Shown one piece after another: positions 50,904-62,740 of a DNA stretch of 64,000 nt. The position numbers and the translations under genes were made by a program. Under the pieces are notes generated by a model. That model made no database searches. It was not told the DNA's origin and saw nothing but the letters and a program-made list of their open reading frames with translations. Numbering within the stretch: position 1 is the stretch's first letter; each line of letters starts with the position of its first letter. The stretch comes from Lytechinus pictus (taxonomy: Eukaryota). The stretch is taken from contig NC_087250.1 of the NCBI RefSeq assembly GCF_037042905.1, forward strand, positions 21,268,001 to 21,332,000, written 5' to 3'.

Positions 50904-51117
50904 TTTTTTCGGCATCACCAATTTTTCCAAAGGGTAGATAGCTCTGGAGAACCTTGATTTAAGCTACGCCTACCATTGTTCTCTTCATTCATTTCTTTAC
51001 AATATATATATATATATATATATATTGCGCAGAGTAGGCCTAGATGTTTTACACATCGTTTCGGCCTCGTAATCATTAAAGGGGGAACAAACATGCACGA
51101 TACGAGGCTGTGATAAT

Positions 51118-51764
51118 GGGCAGATGCATAAAAGTACCAATTGCTGGCAAGCAATTGCTTCAAGCGCAAGTAAACGATCATGTTTCAGCAAATTACCGCT
51201 TGGTGTCAAACTACCTTGTTTCTTTTTGATAATTCTATATATTTAACATTTGATTTGCACTTATTATTTAAATGTATGAATTATTATGTAAGATTTATTA
51301 TGTTTATTGTCATGTTCCAAATGTAGACTGCATTATTCATGTTAAATTTTTACAATGTGTTGTCTATCATTTTGCACGGCATGTAACCAAGAAGAATTTC
51401 CAATTATGGACAATAAATAAATACTTATACTTATTAAACATGTATTTGTAGGCTACGGTATACCTTGGTGTTCTCTCTTAGGTGCATAAACATGATTAAA
51501 AAACACCCTGATCAAGCAAAAGCTGAAGTTATTCTGACCGTGCTTGAAAAAAAACCAAGGAAGCACTTTAACACGCAAGCAAAATGTTCGCTTTATGCAT
51601 ACGATTTTTAGCAATAGATTAATCGTCAAGGAAATGCTAGCAGTCAGCGATTTCTTGAACTTACTGGCAAAAGCATATGCTCGCTCAGTTTATGCATACG
51701 AAATCAATCAAAAGCAAGGCAAAAGCCTCGAAAAAGCAATTGCTACTTTTTATGCATCTGACCC
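51118..51764. mobile_element. PIF/Harbinger-like MITE, same family as 22654-39309
   Basis: GGGCAGATGCATAAAAGTA / TACTTTTTATGCATCTGACCC; AAT on both flanks; body matches 38880-39309. Confidence 0.75.
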
Positions 51765-51955
51765 AATGCATCGTAATGTTCTTTTTCATCTTTTTCTTTT
51801 GCCTTCAGTGCATGTCACGGTTAGGCGTTTCATCATATCGTAATTTCGTTATTGGCCTAACAATGTTTTTTACGAATTTGGTTGCGTTGTAGCGTGACGG
51901 CTTTTTGAATGAAATCAAAGGAAAGCTATTTTTCATTCAATTTATCAGAAGCAAA

Positions 51956-52038
51956 ATGAAACTGCACCCTTCTTACTTCTCGTTTTTAATAGCATTCCTT
52001 TCTGTCTGGCTGGTTCTTTTGATCAAAAGCTTTACCAG
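51956..52038 (+). CDS. Possible signal-peptide exon (MKLHPSYFSFLIAFLSVWLVLLIKSFT), copy 2
   Basis: Paralog of 42741-42822; one extra base before AG|GT changes the phase. Confidence 0.3.
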
Positions 52039-52435
52039 GTTTACCGATGAAAAGGAGAAAGAGTACAGAATGAGAGAAGTAGAGAGATAGATACAGATTA
52101 GGGGGCGGGGAAAACACATGGAATACTGAGGGGAAAGCTTAGACACGAACGATTAGGGTTACATATTTTGTCCTTATTTGTATGTCGTCTGTATTATTAT
52201 ATTTAGATATTTGAATGACAATAAGCATGCATTCCCAGGTTCGTCACTGGTTTTGTAACTTAAGTAAATCAATAAAAATCGTGTTTTGCCAGGTAAACGT
52301 TTTGTAACTTAAGTAAATCAATAAAAATCGTGTTTTGCCAGGTAAACCTATCGAGGTTCTTGTTCGGATTCTATAAAAGTAAAGACCCTGGAACTTTACT
52401 GCTGCATCCAATATAATATTAAATACAAACACCTG

Positions 52436-55400
52436 GGGGGCGTTTCATCAAACAATTAGTCGGTGGTTTTCTCCGACTAAATGTGATTTTCACCGACTAA
52501 TTTCATTTTCACCGACAATTTTGCCATCACCGACTAAATTCCATTTCATGAAAATTTGTCGGTGATTTTCTCCGACAAATTATTGGAAACCACCGACTAA
52601 TTTTGTCGGTGGCCTTCACCTACCGACAAAACTTATTTTCACCGACTAATCCAATTTTCACCGACTAATCAGCCTTTTGAGGGCCTTTGCAGCTAAAATC
52701 GATCAATTTCAGTTGATTTTGAATATAAAATTTTGATAAATTGCTTATTTTTCATTTCATTGAGAAAATTCAAAGAAAATGTATTTATTTTTAGTCAATG
52801 ACAAATAAAAAGTAGACATTTCATGAATAATATTTTCATCTTTAAAACTATATTATATCAATCAATACATAGGAAACATCTTCAAATGTACACATTTTTT
52901 CAAACATAATTTTCTTTAACCCAAATAAATCATTGTGCATTTTTTAATCAATAATGTCTGATAATGTCTGAAAATGCGACCTCATTGACTTTTGTACAAG
53001 TTTTTTCAATGTTCATTAGTGTTGTTGGTGTTGCTGCTGCTGTTGTCATCGTGATTGCTGGAATTGCTGGGTGTTTTTGCTGCTCTTGGTGTTGTGGGTG
53101 TGGTTGTTGCATCTCCTGGTGCAATTAGTTATTTTTGCTACTGATGTTGCTCAAGGTGTTGCCTGTGTGGTTGCTGTTGTCATCGCTTCTACTGCTGCTG
53201 TTTACGAGTGTGGCTGTTGCATCTCCTGATGCATCTATTGATGTTGTCGCTTGTGTTGTTGCTTGTATGATTGCTTGTTAGAATCCTTGCTGTTGGCTTT
53301 GTTTCTACTGTCGTTGTTGCTACTGCTGTTGATGTTTACCACTGTGGTTGTTGCATCTCTTGATGAAGTTATTTATGTTGCGCCCGATGTTCCCTGCATG
53401 GTTGTTGGAGCTCCTGCTGCTGTTGATGTTGTCGGTGTGGTTGTTGCATCTCTTACTGCAGTTGTAGTTTCAGCTGCTGATGCTGTTGTTGCTCCTGCTG
53501 CTGTCCATGTTCATTGAAGTAACTGAAATGGATTTAATTTATAGAGCATGTGATATTTTATTAATAAAGATATCAATTTCCATCATTATTGATATCAGTC
53601 ATTTATTCTTAATTTAATTATCATTGTTAAAACTTACATTTTTTTATTTCTAATGTTTGAAACAAGAACTTTAAGTTCTAAATGGTTAAAATATTGTCAC
53701 CAAAGCCTTATTAAACAATGAAAACAAAAAAGTTAATAACAAAGAAATGCATAAGAAAATGATTAAAATTTCCTCTTTTTTTATACACAATTGATTTTAA
53801 TGACTTGGGTTTTTCTCATTGGTTTACCAAAGAAAGGGAGTCAAAATCCAAAATTATCACATTTGGTCTTTATTTCTTGAGCCAAATGCTGATTTCATGC
53901 AAGAGTGATGTTATCATATTAAAAAAAAAAAAAAAAACATCAGGAACAGCAGCATGATTTCTGAAGCGAGTGCACAATCAACAGGCAAGATCCTGAGGCA
54001 CCCCCCCCCCTACCAAGATCATTTGAATTAATGAGGTTTCATGACTGCTTTTGTAGGCATTACATTTATACAGGCCTACAAGAGATATAATTTTTTTTTT
54101 TTTTTTTTTGGGGGGGGGTAATCTTCCAGTGTTACTCCCATACAAAGCAGATGGTGATGAGGCGGGGGGGGGGGTCTAATAGGAATGCAGAACAATGGAA
54201 CATTCATTTACTACTTTGGCAATAGAAAGCAAGTCACACCATCTAGCATTGATTGATATTGTCCAATAAATATCACCATTAATCAATTAAGCATCTAAGC
54301 ACTTATAGATGTCATTGTTTTCAAATATTTGAGTAGACCAAATAAAGAAGAGAGCAGTACCAGTAATTTAATATTTTTTTTTAATGTGACTTTACTTTCT
54401 TCGCCAAAGTGAGGCAGTCATAATTAAGTGTGTTTTAACTTACAAGTGACATCACATTTCCTGCCTTCTTGTCTGGCTCTCCTAAACCTTCAACCATTTA
54501 TACTTGTGTAACTTTGTATCTCATGTCTGTCTGAAAAGTTTGGTTGAAGCCTCCACCTGAAGGAAAAATAGTATTGAAATAACTCATTAAAATATTTGCC
54601 ATAATCTGGTATTTCTTCTCACATGTATATGTACATGTCTAAAAACAGGAAATAAAACATCTTTTGATTACCAGGTTTCATATAGAAGGGGGTTAATAAA
54701 GGGTTCAAGTTTTTATTATGTTAATAAAAAATACAAACAATAGTAAATGACATATGCTCTGGCTGAGAAACTTAAAAAGTGAAATTATTCCTCACAATGT
54801 AGCTTGTATGTACATACACATGAGCAAGTAGTGCTAAATGGATTGAGGGGTGAGAGCAGGGGCTCCGGAAACCGGGGGGGGGGTGCATGTTAGCTGCAGG
54901 GTCAGCGGAACGGATTTTACAGTGAGCGGGCTGACCATGCATAACCAGATGGTCATTTCATATTTTTCAGCTCCCGCATTGTTTTCCAAAACCATGTACA
55001 AAAATGTAAAATTGACCATCTGCTTATGATTTTTTGCATTGGTCAGCCCCCCCCCCCCCCACTTTCGGCTCAGCCCCCTCACTTTCAAAACCGTTCTGCT
55101 GACCCTGCAGCTAACATGCAAAATATATTGAATCTATTATGTCTTTCATGCTTATGTAATGTTTGCATTTCAAACTGACTTTAAATAGAAAATCTGGTCA
55201 CAGTCCGATTTCATTGTCATTGATGTGGGTTTTTATGATTTAACATTCTGCAACCAAAACAATATCCTTCATTATTTTTTAATCATTATCGCATTTTACT
55301 AGTCTACATGTTACCTGTGGTTGCATTTCAATCTCAGTATTTCTTCACCCATTGCCAAATCTTCTGTCACATGTTCATCAGATTGGCCGCTGGCACATTC

Positions 55401-57423
55401 CTTGCTGTAGTAGACCAGTCAGAGCCTTGCTTTCTAGTTCCAGATCCGTCTTCTTCTGCATACTGTTCAAATGTCCATAGTCTGAAATTAAAATATTAAT
55501 AATATCACATTGTTATACATGTAGCAAAGAAAATATGTAGATTTACAGTGATCATTGAAAAATACTGCACTTTCAATGAATATTGTTGACATTTCCTAAA
55601 GGGGAATGATCGAATATACCAATCATTTTTCTTCTTTTATTATCCTGAAATTTATAGAATTTACCAACAATCGGTCAACAATTTATCCTTGTTAATTCAT
55701 ATAATTTTCAATTGATTATAAACAAGACGGTAATTAACACATTAACCATACAAAATAGTAAAACAGCTTTTTCAATAATTTTTTTTTTAATTCAAAAATA
55801 AAAACAAAAGTTTTTTTCTAACTCAATAGCGCTTGGATACCTTGCCGGTTAAAAGCCACGATCAAATTAATAAAAAATATGAATAGGCTCCTAATTCATA
55901 ACTGCAGCAAATTGCATCCCCATCAAACTGTCAACTATTTCTGGACTGTGACCTTTGTTCAATGGAACTTTAATATGAGATTCAAGGCAGAAAAATACTT
56001 GGGATTGATGAGATCCATTCCATATTCTCCTATATTTTTTTCTAATGAAGAGACCTTTAACCTTTACATGCTATTTAAGGTTAGGTACGACAGTATTTTT
56101 CAAAAAATAGATTAAGAGACATTATCAACAATAATTTAATTTATTTACCCCAATAACACCGATGCTATTGCAGATTCATGCTAAATAGTAATTTGTCTAA
56201 AAAATTGACTTAGAAAAATAAAAGCAAAACAAACTTCATAATCGCACACAAATGAAGAGCATTATTTCGTCTCCCCCAAATTGGATGATCAATCTTTTTT
56301 TTAAAAGGGAGCTATGCAATGGCTCATTTCACTTGGGTGCGCAAAGTCAAAGATAATTTAAGATAGATCTAGGCCTAGTACGGCCATGGGCCGGGTGCAC
56401 TATTTAAAACTTAGATCTAATAATTTTTTATATCTAGATTTTAATTTTTATTGGGTGTGAACGCACCTCTGCCACAATCGCATCACCCCCCCCCCCCCCC
56501 GAATCCTCGCCAGCTGTCGAGAGCCTTCACTTCATTCGACTTGTGACTTGCTAAGGCTAAGCCTACATTAATAGTTGAGAACATCCACTTTACAAATTTA
56601 CCACTCACACTATTAATTACCATGTGATTTAGCTCCTGTTCAATTCCAATATCTGTAACACAGAATTAGGATGGCCCCATTGGATATGTGTGCATTTACA
56701 ATTGCACACGCTGGTTTGCCTGGTGATCAAGGATATCTCCGACCACACCGAGCAACAAAATTATTCCAAAACCAAAGGAAATGAAAAAATATGATTTGCA
56801 ACATAGAATGACATAAAGGTAGAACAATATAAAGAATTATCTTTGCAAAATTTATAAAATTGCAGCCATGTGCGGATCATAAAAACGTGACAGCCGTGAG
56901 CCGTGTCGTTAGTTTGGACCTGAGATAGTTCTACAGACACAGAAACACGGGTATGGGACGAGACTGGATTTTGTACTGTCAAGTTCACCGATCGTATCGA
57001 CAGGGGTCCTGCCAGAAGATCCTCTTTTCTTGTAATTCATTTGATAATCACGCACAACGAATAATTCAATCACCTTACATACAATATGAAGGATATTTTG
57101 AAGGGTTTTACTTACGGTAAAATCCTCATTCACCTCTACGAGGACCTTCGCTTCTTCTCATTTCTTCGTTTCATTTCAAATGGTCGCGGCGAAAACATCA
57201 ACCAATTTTACATCTTTTTCACGACTTTGGGAGTGGGCGTGGCCTAATTAGTCAGCGAACCTCGTTCAAGACGATTTGTAAAATAAAAATTCACTGACAA
57301 TAGTCAGAGAAGCTCCGAGAGTTTGATGAAACGAATTTTTGTCAGCGCTGACTAAATTGTCAGCGCTGACAATTTTAGTCAGCGCTGACAGTTGTCGGAC
57401 GAAAATATTGATGAAACACCCCC
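52436..57423. mobile_element. PIF/Harbinger element (~5 kb) with decayed internal gene
   Basis: TIRs GGGGGCGTTTCATCAA / TTGATGAAACACCCCC; CTG TSD; empty site preserved in the paralog near 43185 (AAACACCTGGATGATCAT); subterminal CACCGAC and GCTGAC repeats. Confidence 0.88.
53020..57180 (-). pseudogene. Possible decayed multi-exon Myb/SANT (MADF)-like accessory gene of the Harbinger element
   Basis: Exon-like blocks with AG/GT borders at ~57117-57180, ~55315-55481 (frameshifted KKTGSG...W.YY) and ~54444-54557, plus a CAA/CAG-rich block at 53020-53520. Confidence 0.35.
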
Positions 57424-60054
57424 CTGGACGATCATAGCCTGGGAAGCGGGATTGCTTTTGGATATTTTGTACACCGTAAGCAGCACCCCTGGACATTTGG
57501 TTGGTATGTTAAATGTAGAGGTTTGACAAAAATCTTCTTCATTTTTAGAGAGAAAAATGTTTATCTACTTATCATTATTGTTGTTGTAATTTTTAAAGAC
57601 TAAATTTAGTTCTGTGTTGGAATAAATCTTTCTTTTTTCTTGTCATCTTTTTTCTTCTGAACAAAATCCCCTGGCATCATGGTCATTTGAAGTGAAACCC
57701 TTTTTCTTGGTCTTTTTAACAAACCAGCACCCCCTATTTCTAAACCTTTCCCAGGGCAGTGTGATCAATCATTTAGTGATTGAAATATGATTGAAATATT
57801 ACAAAAGAGAACAATTACATTTAGCTGGTAGACCAAGCGGCGATTCGATCCAGGAACGTTTTGCTGAGCCGTACGCATAAATAATCATTCAATACAAATG
57901 CAAAGAAAAGGGACGACCCTCGATGACTCTGATGCTGTGCTCATTTATTATATATATCTTTATTTTTCCACGGCATTTGCCGGCATGCATGCAACCTCTA
58001 ATTTCGGGGAAGGTAAATAGTTAAGAATTATAACTACAATGATTCCTTTGTTTAGCTAGTATCTGTAAAGACAGTCACAATGATTTCTTTACTCGGGAAA
58101 GATTGAAAAAATTAATGAATAAAAGTAAGTAATACTCCCTCCGAAAGTATATCAAAGGTGTGTATAAATTGATAGGAAGACAAAGCTTAGAGCATAGCCA
58201 ACTTTATCAAGCTTTCCGTCCTTTAATTAACTTATTATCCATGATAATTTTTAAAGTCTTCTGGTATCACGGGGGTCCTTCCCCATATTTCAAAAGTAAA
58301 CAATTATCCTACATCTATGATATTTTTTCTTACAGTACCCTATGAAATGTTTCCTTCCACTCATAAAAAAGATTGGTCGAAGTAAAAAAAAATTTGGTAA
58401 ATATTTGTCCGATAAATAAAAGCGGTCTATTACAACCAAATTCTAATAGATTTAAACAAGAATAAAGTTGTCAATTTTTGCAATTTCTTTTTGATCGGAT
58501 ACATACTCGATAAAACATAATTAATTTGGGCCAATTCTTCTAAAATTGTGATCAATAATTTCATTCTTGAAAGTCTATTGTAACCAAAAGCTGAATAAAA
58601 CATTGAAAACGAAAAATAAACATCCTCCAGATTTTCCCGGTGTAAAATTATACTGGGCCGGTCGTTAGTGTCATATACTCTCTTTTTAACATCAAATTTG
58701 CATTTGATTTCAAGGAGCGTATATAAAGTCATAGTAAGGTACAATAAAGGCAATCTCAAACTGTTTAAAATTATAGTTCAATAATTTTTTTTCTTAATAA
58801 CCTTCCACAGGTCTGGGTTCCTTTATTGAAAATCTGTGGGGTACATGTATGCAGTAACACAATATAATGCCATAAAACATGTCATAAGATGTCATAAAAC
58901 AAATACAATACTCCAATACATTTTCAACACTCCTTAGCAAGTAATTTATACACACAGACTTAAGGCACCAAAATGAAACGAAAATAGTAAGATTGCGACG
59001 TATTTGCTAAGTTTCATACCGCCCGATTTTTGCTTGTATTTTTCTTCTATTTAAAACATGATGATACTCTGTAATTTCAAACTTATCTCTTCATGTTTAT
59101 TATTGCTTTTGTTTTTCTTTCGCCAAATATATTTGGTCAAAATCTTAATGATATTTCTTTTGTGGTATATTCTTTTATTTGGATCGAAATCACAAAGAGA
59201 GTTGTTAATAGTTTTAAATAGAATTGCGACCCAGAAAGAGAGTTTTTTAACTTTGAGAGAAAAATCAGACATGTCGATACATGATAGTGATGAATTATAA
59301 TATATTTGGATTGATGTTTTTTTTATCATTCATAATGTTCTATTTTTTGGCATGCAGGAAGTTGGTCTACATGTCAGAAAGCGTATTATAATATATTCTA
59401 AACTCATTTGATAGGATATGAAATCGGTCTAGTTCGGCCTACAATACACTTCGTCTATTATTGTATTTATTAGATTAAGTGGGTATTTTCTAACATAATA
59501 ATTAGAAAATAAACCCGCTGTAAAAAAAGGTTATAACAATAAAATATAATTGGACCAAGTTATCGGTATCAAGCGACAAGATGAGACAACCCAGATGGTA
59601 GAAAAGGGCATCCTAGATCCATAAAAGGTAGGGTCCATTTAACCCAATGTTTAGTGAAAATTATAACAAAGTTTTCGAACTCTCGGGTAAAATGGACCCC
59701 TTAAATTTCGTGAATTTAGGATGCTTTTTGCTTAAACGCATTTGGGTATTTGCGACTGCCCGACCCAAAGCGATAATCTGTTGTGATGGCACAAACCGTG
59801 TGGACAAGGGACTTGTACAAACAATAGTGATTGATCCGGTCAATCTCATCTCTATCGATTTTTTATTCTTGTGATATTTTAAAATAGGAAATTTGTTCTT
59901 AGTAAATACAAATGAGCTCAACGATTTTCAAGGCAAGAAATCACGTAACACCTGTGTCTGGGGCCACCTGTCTATACTTAAAACCTTCCTACAGTGGCCA
60001 CTATAAAAACCAGGCATTTTTTCGTCGGTATGTCTATACAAGAACCTGTCTATA

Positions 60055-60617
60055 AGGGCAAAGAATCTTCACGTGAAAATACTGATAATATTGTACTAAA
60101 TGTCGTGAAGGAGAAGTTGGGAGTCAATATCGGTATCGGCGACATCGACCGAAGTCACAGAGTTGGGCCTATCCGTAACATCCAACGTAGTAATGAGAGT
60201 GTCCAGGGTTCGTCGTCTGCTGCTAGTGCTGTTACTGACACCTCATCTTTGAGTTCTTCAGCTTCTTCTTCGACGTCATATGCCAGCAAGTTAACACCGT
60301 CACCATCTACCTCGAACAGGGATCGTCTTCATCATAGAGCAAGAATAGTCAAGCTCACCTCGTATCGTGCTCGCCAAACCATTCTCCTTTCTCGACGGAA
60401 GCTGAAAGGTACTGGAGTTTCCATCTCAGAAGATCTAACGGCTGAAAATTATGGGATACTCAAAACAGCACGACAGTCGACAAAGGTCACAGCTTCATGG
60501 TCGAGTGATGGTCGAATCTTTGTGGCGTTACCGGCTTCAAATGGCAAAACTGTCAAGAAACTCGCTAGATCACTAGAGGAAGCGAAGCAACTCTCATCAT
60601 CTACTAGATCAAAATAG
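60055..60617 (+). CDS. LINE ORF1 C-terminal part (CR1/L2 group), 5'-truncated
   Basis: ENTD..V, DIDRSHRVG, IVKLTSY, RKLKGTGVSISEDLT, WSSDGRIFV. Confidence 0.8.
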
Positions 60618-60726
60618 AGATTTGATATGACAGATGAAATGCAATTAACTCTGGAAGTTGTTGAATTGAACAGAATATTCCGTATACTTTGATTTTTTTA
60701 TTTGTTATATATATATATTTTTTTTT

Positions 60727-61907
60727 GTCTAGCCTGCATAGCAGAGCGAGACTATAGGCGCCGCTTTTCCGACGGCGGCGGCGTCAACATCAAATCTTAA
60801 CCTAAGGTTAAGTTTTTGAAATGACATCATAACTTAAAAAGTAAATGGACCTAGTTCATGAAACTTTGACATAAGGTTGATCAAGTACTACTGAACATCC
60901 TGCTTGAGTTTCAGGTCACATGACCAAGGTCAAAGGTCATTTAGGGTCAATGAACTTAGACCATGTTGGGAAAATTATTTTCAAAATCTTAACCGAAGGT
61001 TAAGTTTTTGAAATGACATCATAACTTAGAAAGTATATAGACCTAGTTCATGAAACTTAGACATAAGGTTAATCAAGTATTAGTAAACATCCTGGTTGAG
61101 TTTCAGGTCACGTGATCAAGGTCAAATGTCATTTAGGGTCAATGAACTTTGGTCAAGTTGGGGGTATTTGTTGAATTACTATCATAACTTTGAAAATTTA
61201 TGGATTTAGTTCATGAAACTTGGACATTAGGTTGATCAAGTACCACTGAATATCCTGTGCGAGTTTCAGGTCACATGACCATGGTCAATGGTCATTTAAG
61301 GTCAATGAACTTTGGCCGTGTTGGGGGTATATGTTAAATTACCATCCTAGCTCTGAAAGTTTATGGATCTAGTTCATAAAACTTGGACATAAGAGTAATC
61401 AAGTATCACTGAACATCCTGTACGAGTTTCAGGTCACATGACCATGGTCAAAGGTCATTAAAGGTCAATGAACTTTGGCCGTGTTGGGGGTATTTGTTGA
61501 ATTACCATCCTAACTGTGAAAGTTTATGGATCTATTTCATAAAACTTGGGATATAAGAGTAATCAAGCATCACTGAACATCCCCTGTGAGTTTCAGGTCA
61601 CAAAACCAAGTCAAAGGTCAGTTAAGGTCAATAAACTTAGGCCATGTTGGGGTAATTGTTGAAGTGCCATCATAACTTTGAAAGTTTATGGATAGAGTGA
61701 ATGAAATGTGGACATTGGTGTAGTTGACAGTCTTAAGTCTCCGTTCAAATGTCATTTATGGTCAATGAACGTGGTATTATGTCATTATATGAATGATGTT
61801 TTTGTGAATGATTATTTATATAGTAGTTTATAGTAGTTTTCAAAGTTAGCACTGCTGCTATATTAAATTGCGTAATGCAGGCGAGACTGCCAAAGGCGTT
61901 CCACTTG
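60727..61907 (+). mobile_element. Helentron-associated non-autonomous element (HINE/DINE-1-like) with ~180-bp internal tandem repeats
   Basis: Asymmetric sub-terminal inverted repeats GTCTAGCCTGCAT / ATGCAGGCGAGAC; T-run flanks with no TSD; about 5 tandem units containing GGTCAAAGGTCA. Confidence 0.7.
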
Positions 61908-61938
61908 TTTTTGTATATTTTTCCTTCAGTAATGCCAA

Positions 61939-62434
61939 ATGTCTTCTAACTGTAGCTGTGTATTATGTAGCAGGCAATGTAACTTAACTTGTAATGATTG
62001 TTTCTTATGTAGGCCTTTAAGAAATGAACAAGAATCTGAAACTAGTTTTGATGAAAATTATGGGTACTTTGAAAATTTGATAAATAATATTATACCCCTA
62101 CGGAATTTGGAAATGCATTGAAATTACATGGTGAGAAAAATCTGATTTTGGCAAATTTCAATTGCCGTAGTTTAAAGTGTAATTTTGAGACATTCACTAA
62201 TTGTCTTGATGAAATTGGTCAGAAATTGTCATTTATTGGTACTTGTGAAACATGGCTCAATAATGAGGAAGAACATGAATGTATGATTCCAGGTTATACA
62301 TTTGTAGGCAAACACAGACATAACAAAAGAGGAGGAGGCGTAGGCATGTATATAAATGATTATATAAAATATATAAAACGCCCAGACTTGGTCACATTTA
62401 TTGAAAATATCGAAAGCCTGTTCATTGAAATTCA
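61939..62434 (+). pseudogene. LINE ORF2 N-terminus (APE endonuclease), truncated
   Basis: NFNCRSL, IGTCETWL, KRGGGVGMYI, IESLFIEI; lies downstream of the ORF1 at 60055-60617. Confidence 0.85.
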
Positions 62435-62740
62435 AAATTTCTTGGTGGAAGCTGAATGGTGAGGTGAAGCTCTGTCCTGCAGGAAAATCTGTCCTTGAAA
62501 GAGGGAATGTAGCTGGAGGTCAGAATCTCTTGATACTGAATGCTGTCCACGTACTCTGCAGATCTTTGTTGCACCACCAGATCTGATGTAGCCCCAAGAT
62601 CTGCAGAGAAGATGGGACCATTTACAGCATTAGGTTTTTAACAGATTCTGACCTCCAGCTACATTCTTACCTACCTACAAGGGCAGATTTTCCAGCAGGA
62701 TGGAGCTCTTTGTCACACGTCAGCTTCCACCAAGAAATTT
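62435..62740. repeat. ~300-bp imperfect palindrome (MITE-like) at the point where the APE ORF breaks off
   Basis: AAATTTCTTGGTGGAAGCTGA...GAATGTAGCTGGAGGTCAGAATCT mirrored by AGATTCTGACCTCCAGCTACATTC...TCAGCTTCCACCAAGAAATTT. Confidence 0.75.

Larger units (their letters stand above)
49615..51005. repeat. 407-bp tandem array (~2.8 units, 49852-51005) plus a divergently oriented partial copy (49615-49837)
   Basis: Near-identical units offset by exactly 407 bp (tRNAs start at 50018, 50425, 50832); the inverted copy covers the tRNA and downstream half. Confidence 0.95.

Noticed and set aside
53251..53517. Plus-strand hydrophobic ORF that looks like a membrane protein
   Set aside because: It is the antisense reading of a CAA/CAG-rich low-complexity block inside the Harbinger element.
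57600..59990. AT-rich stretch with short inverted repeats (e.g. 59628-59700) and small ORFs
   Set aside because: No TIR/TSD pair or protein motif could be established.
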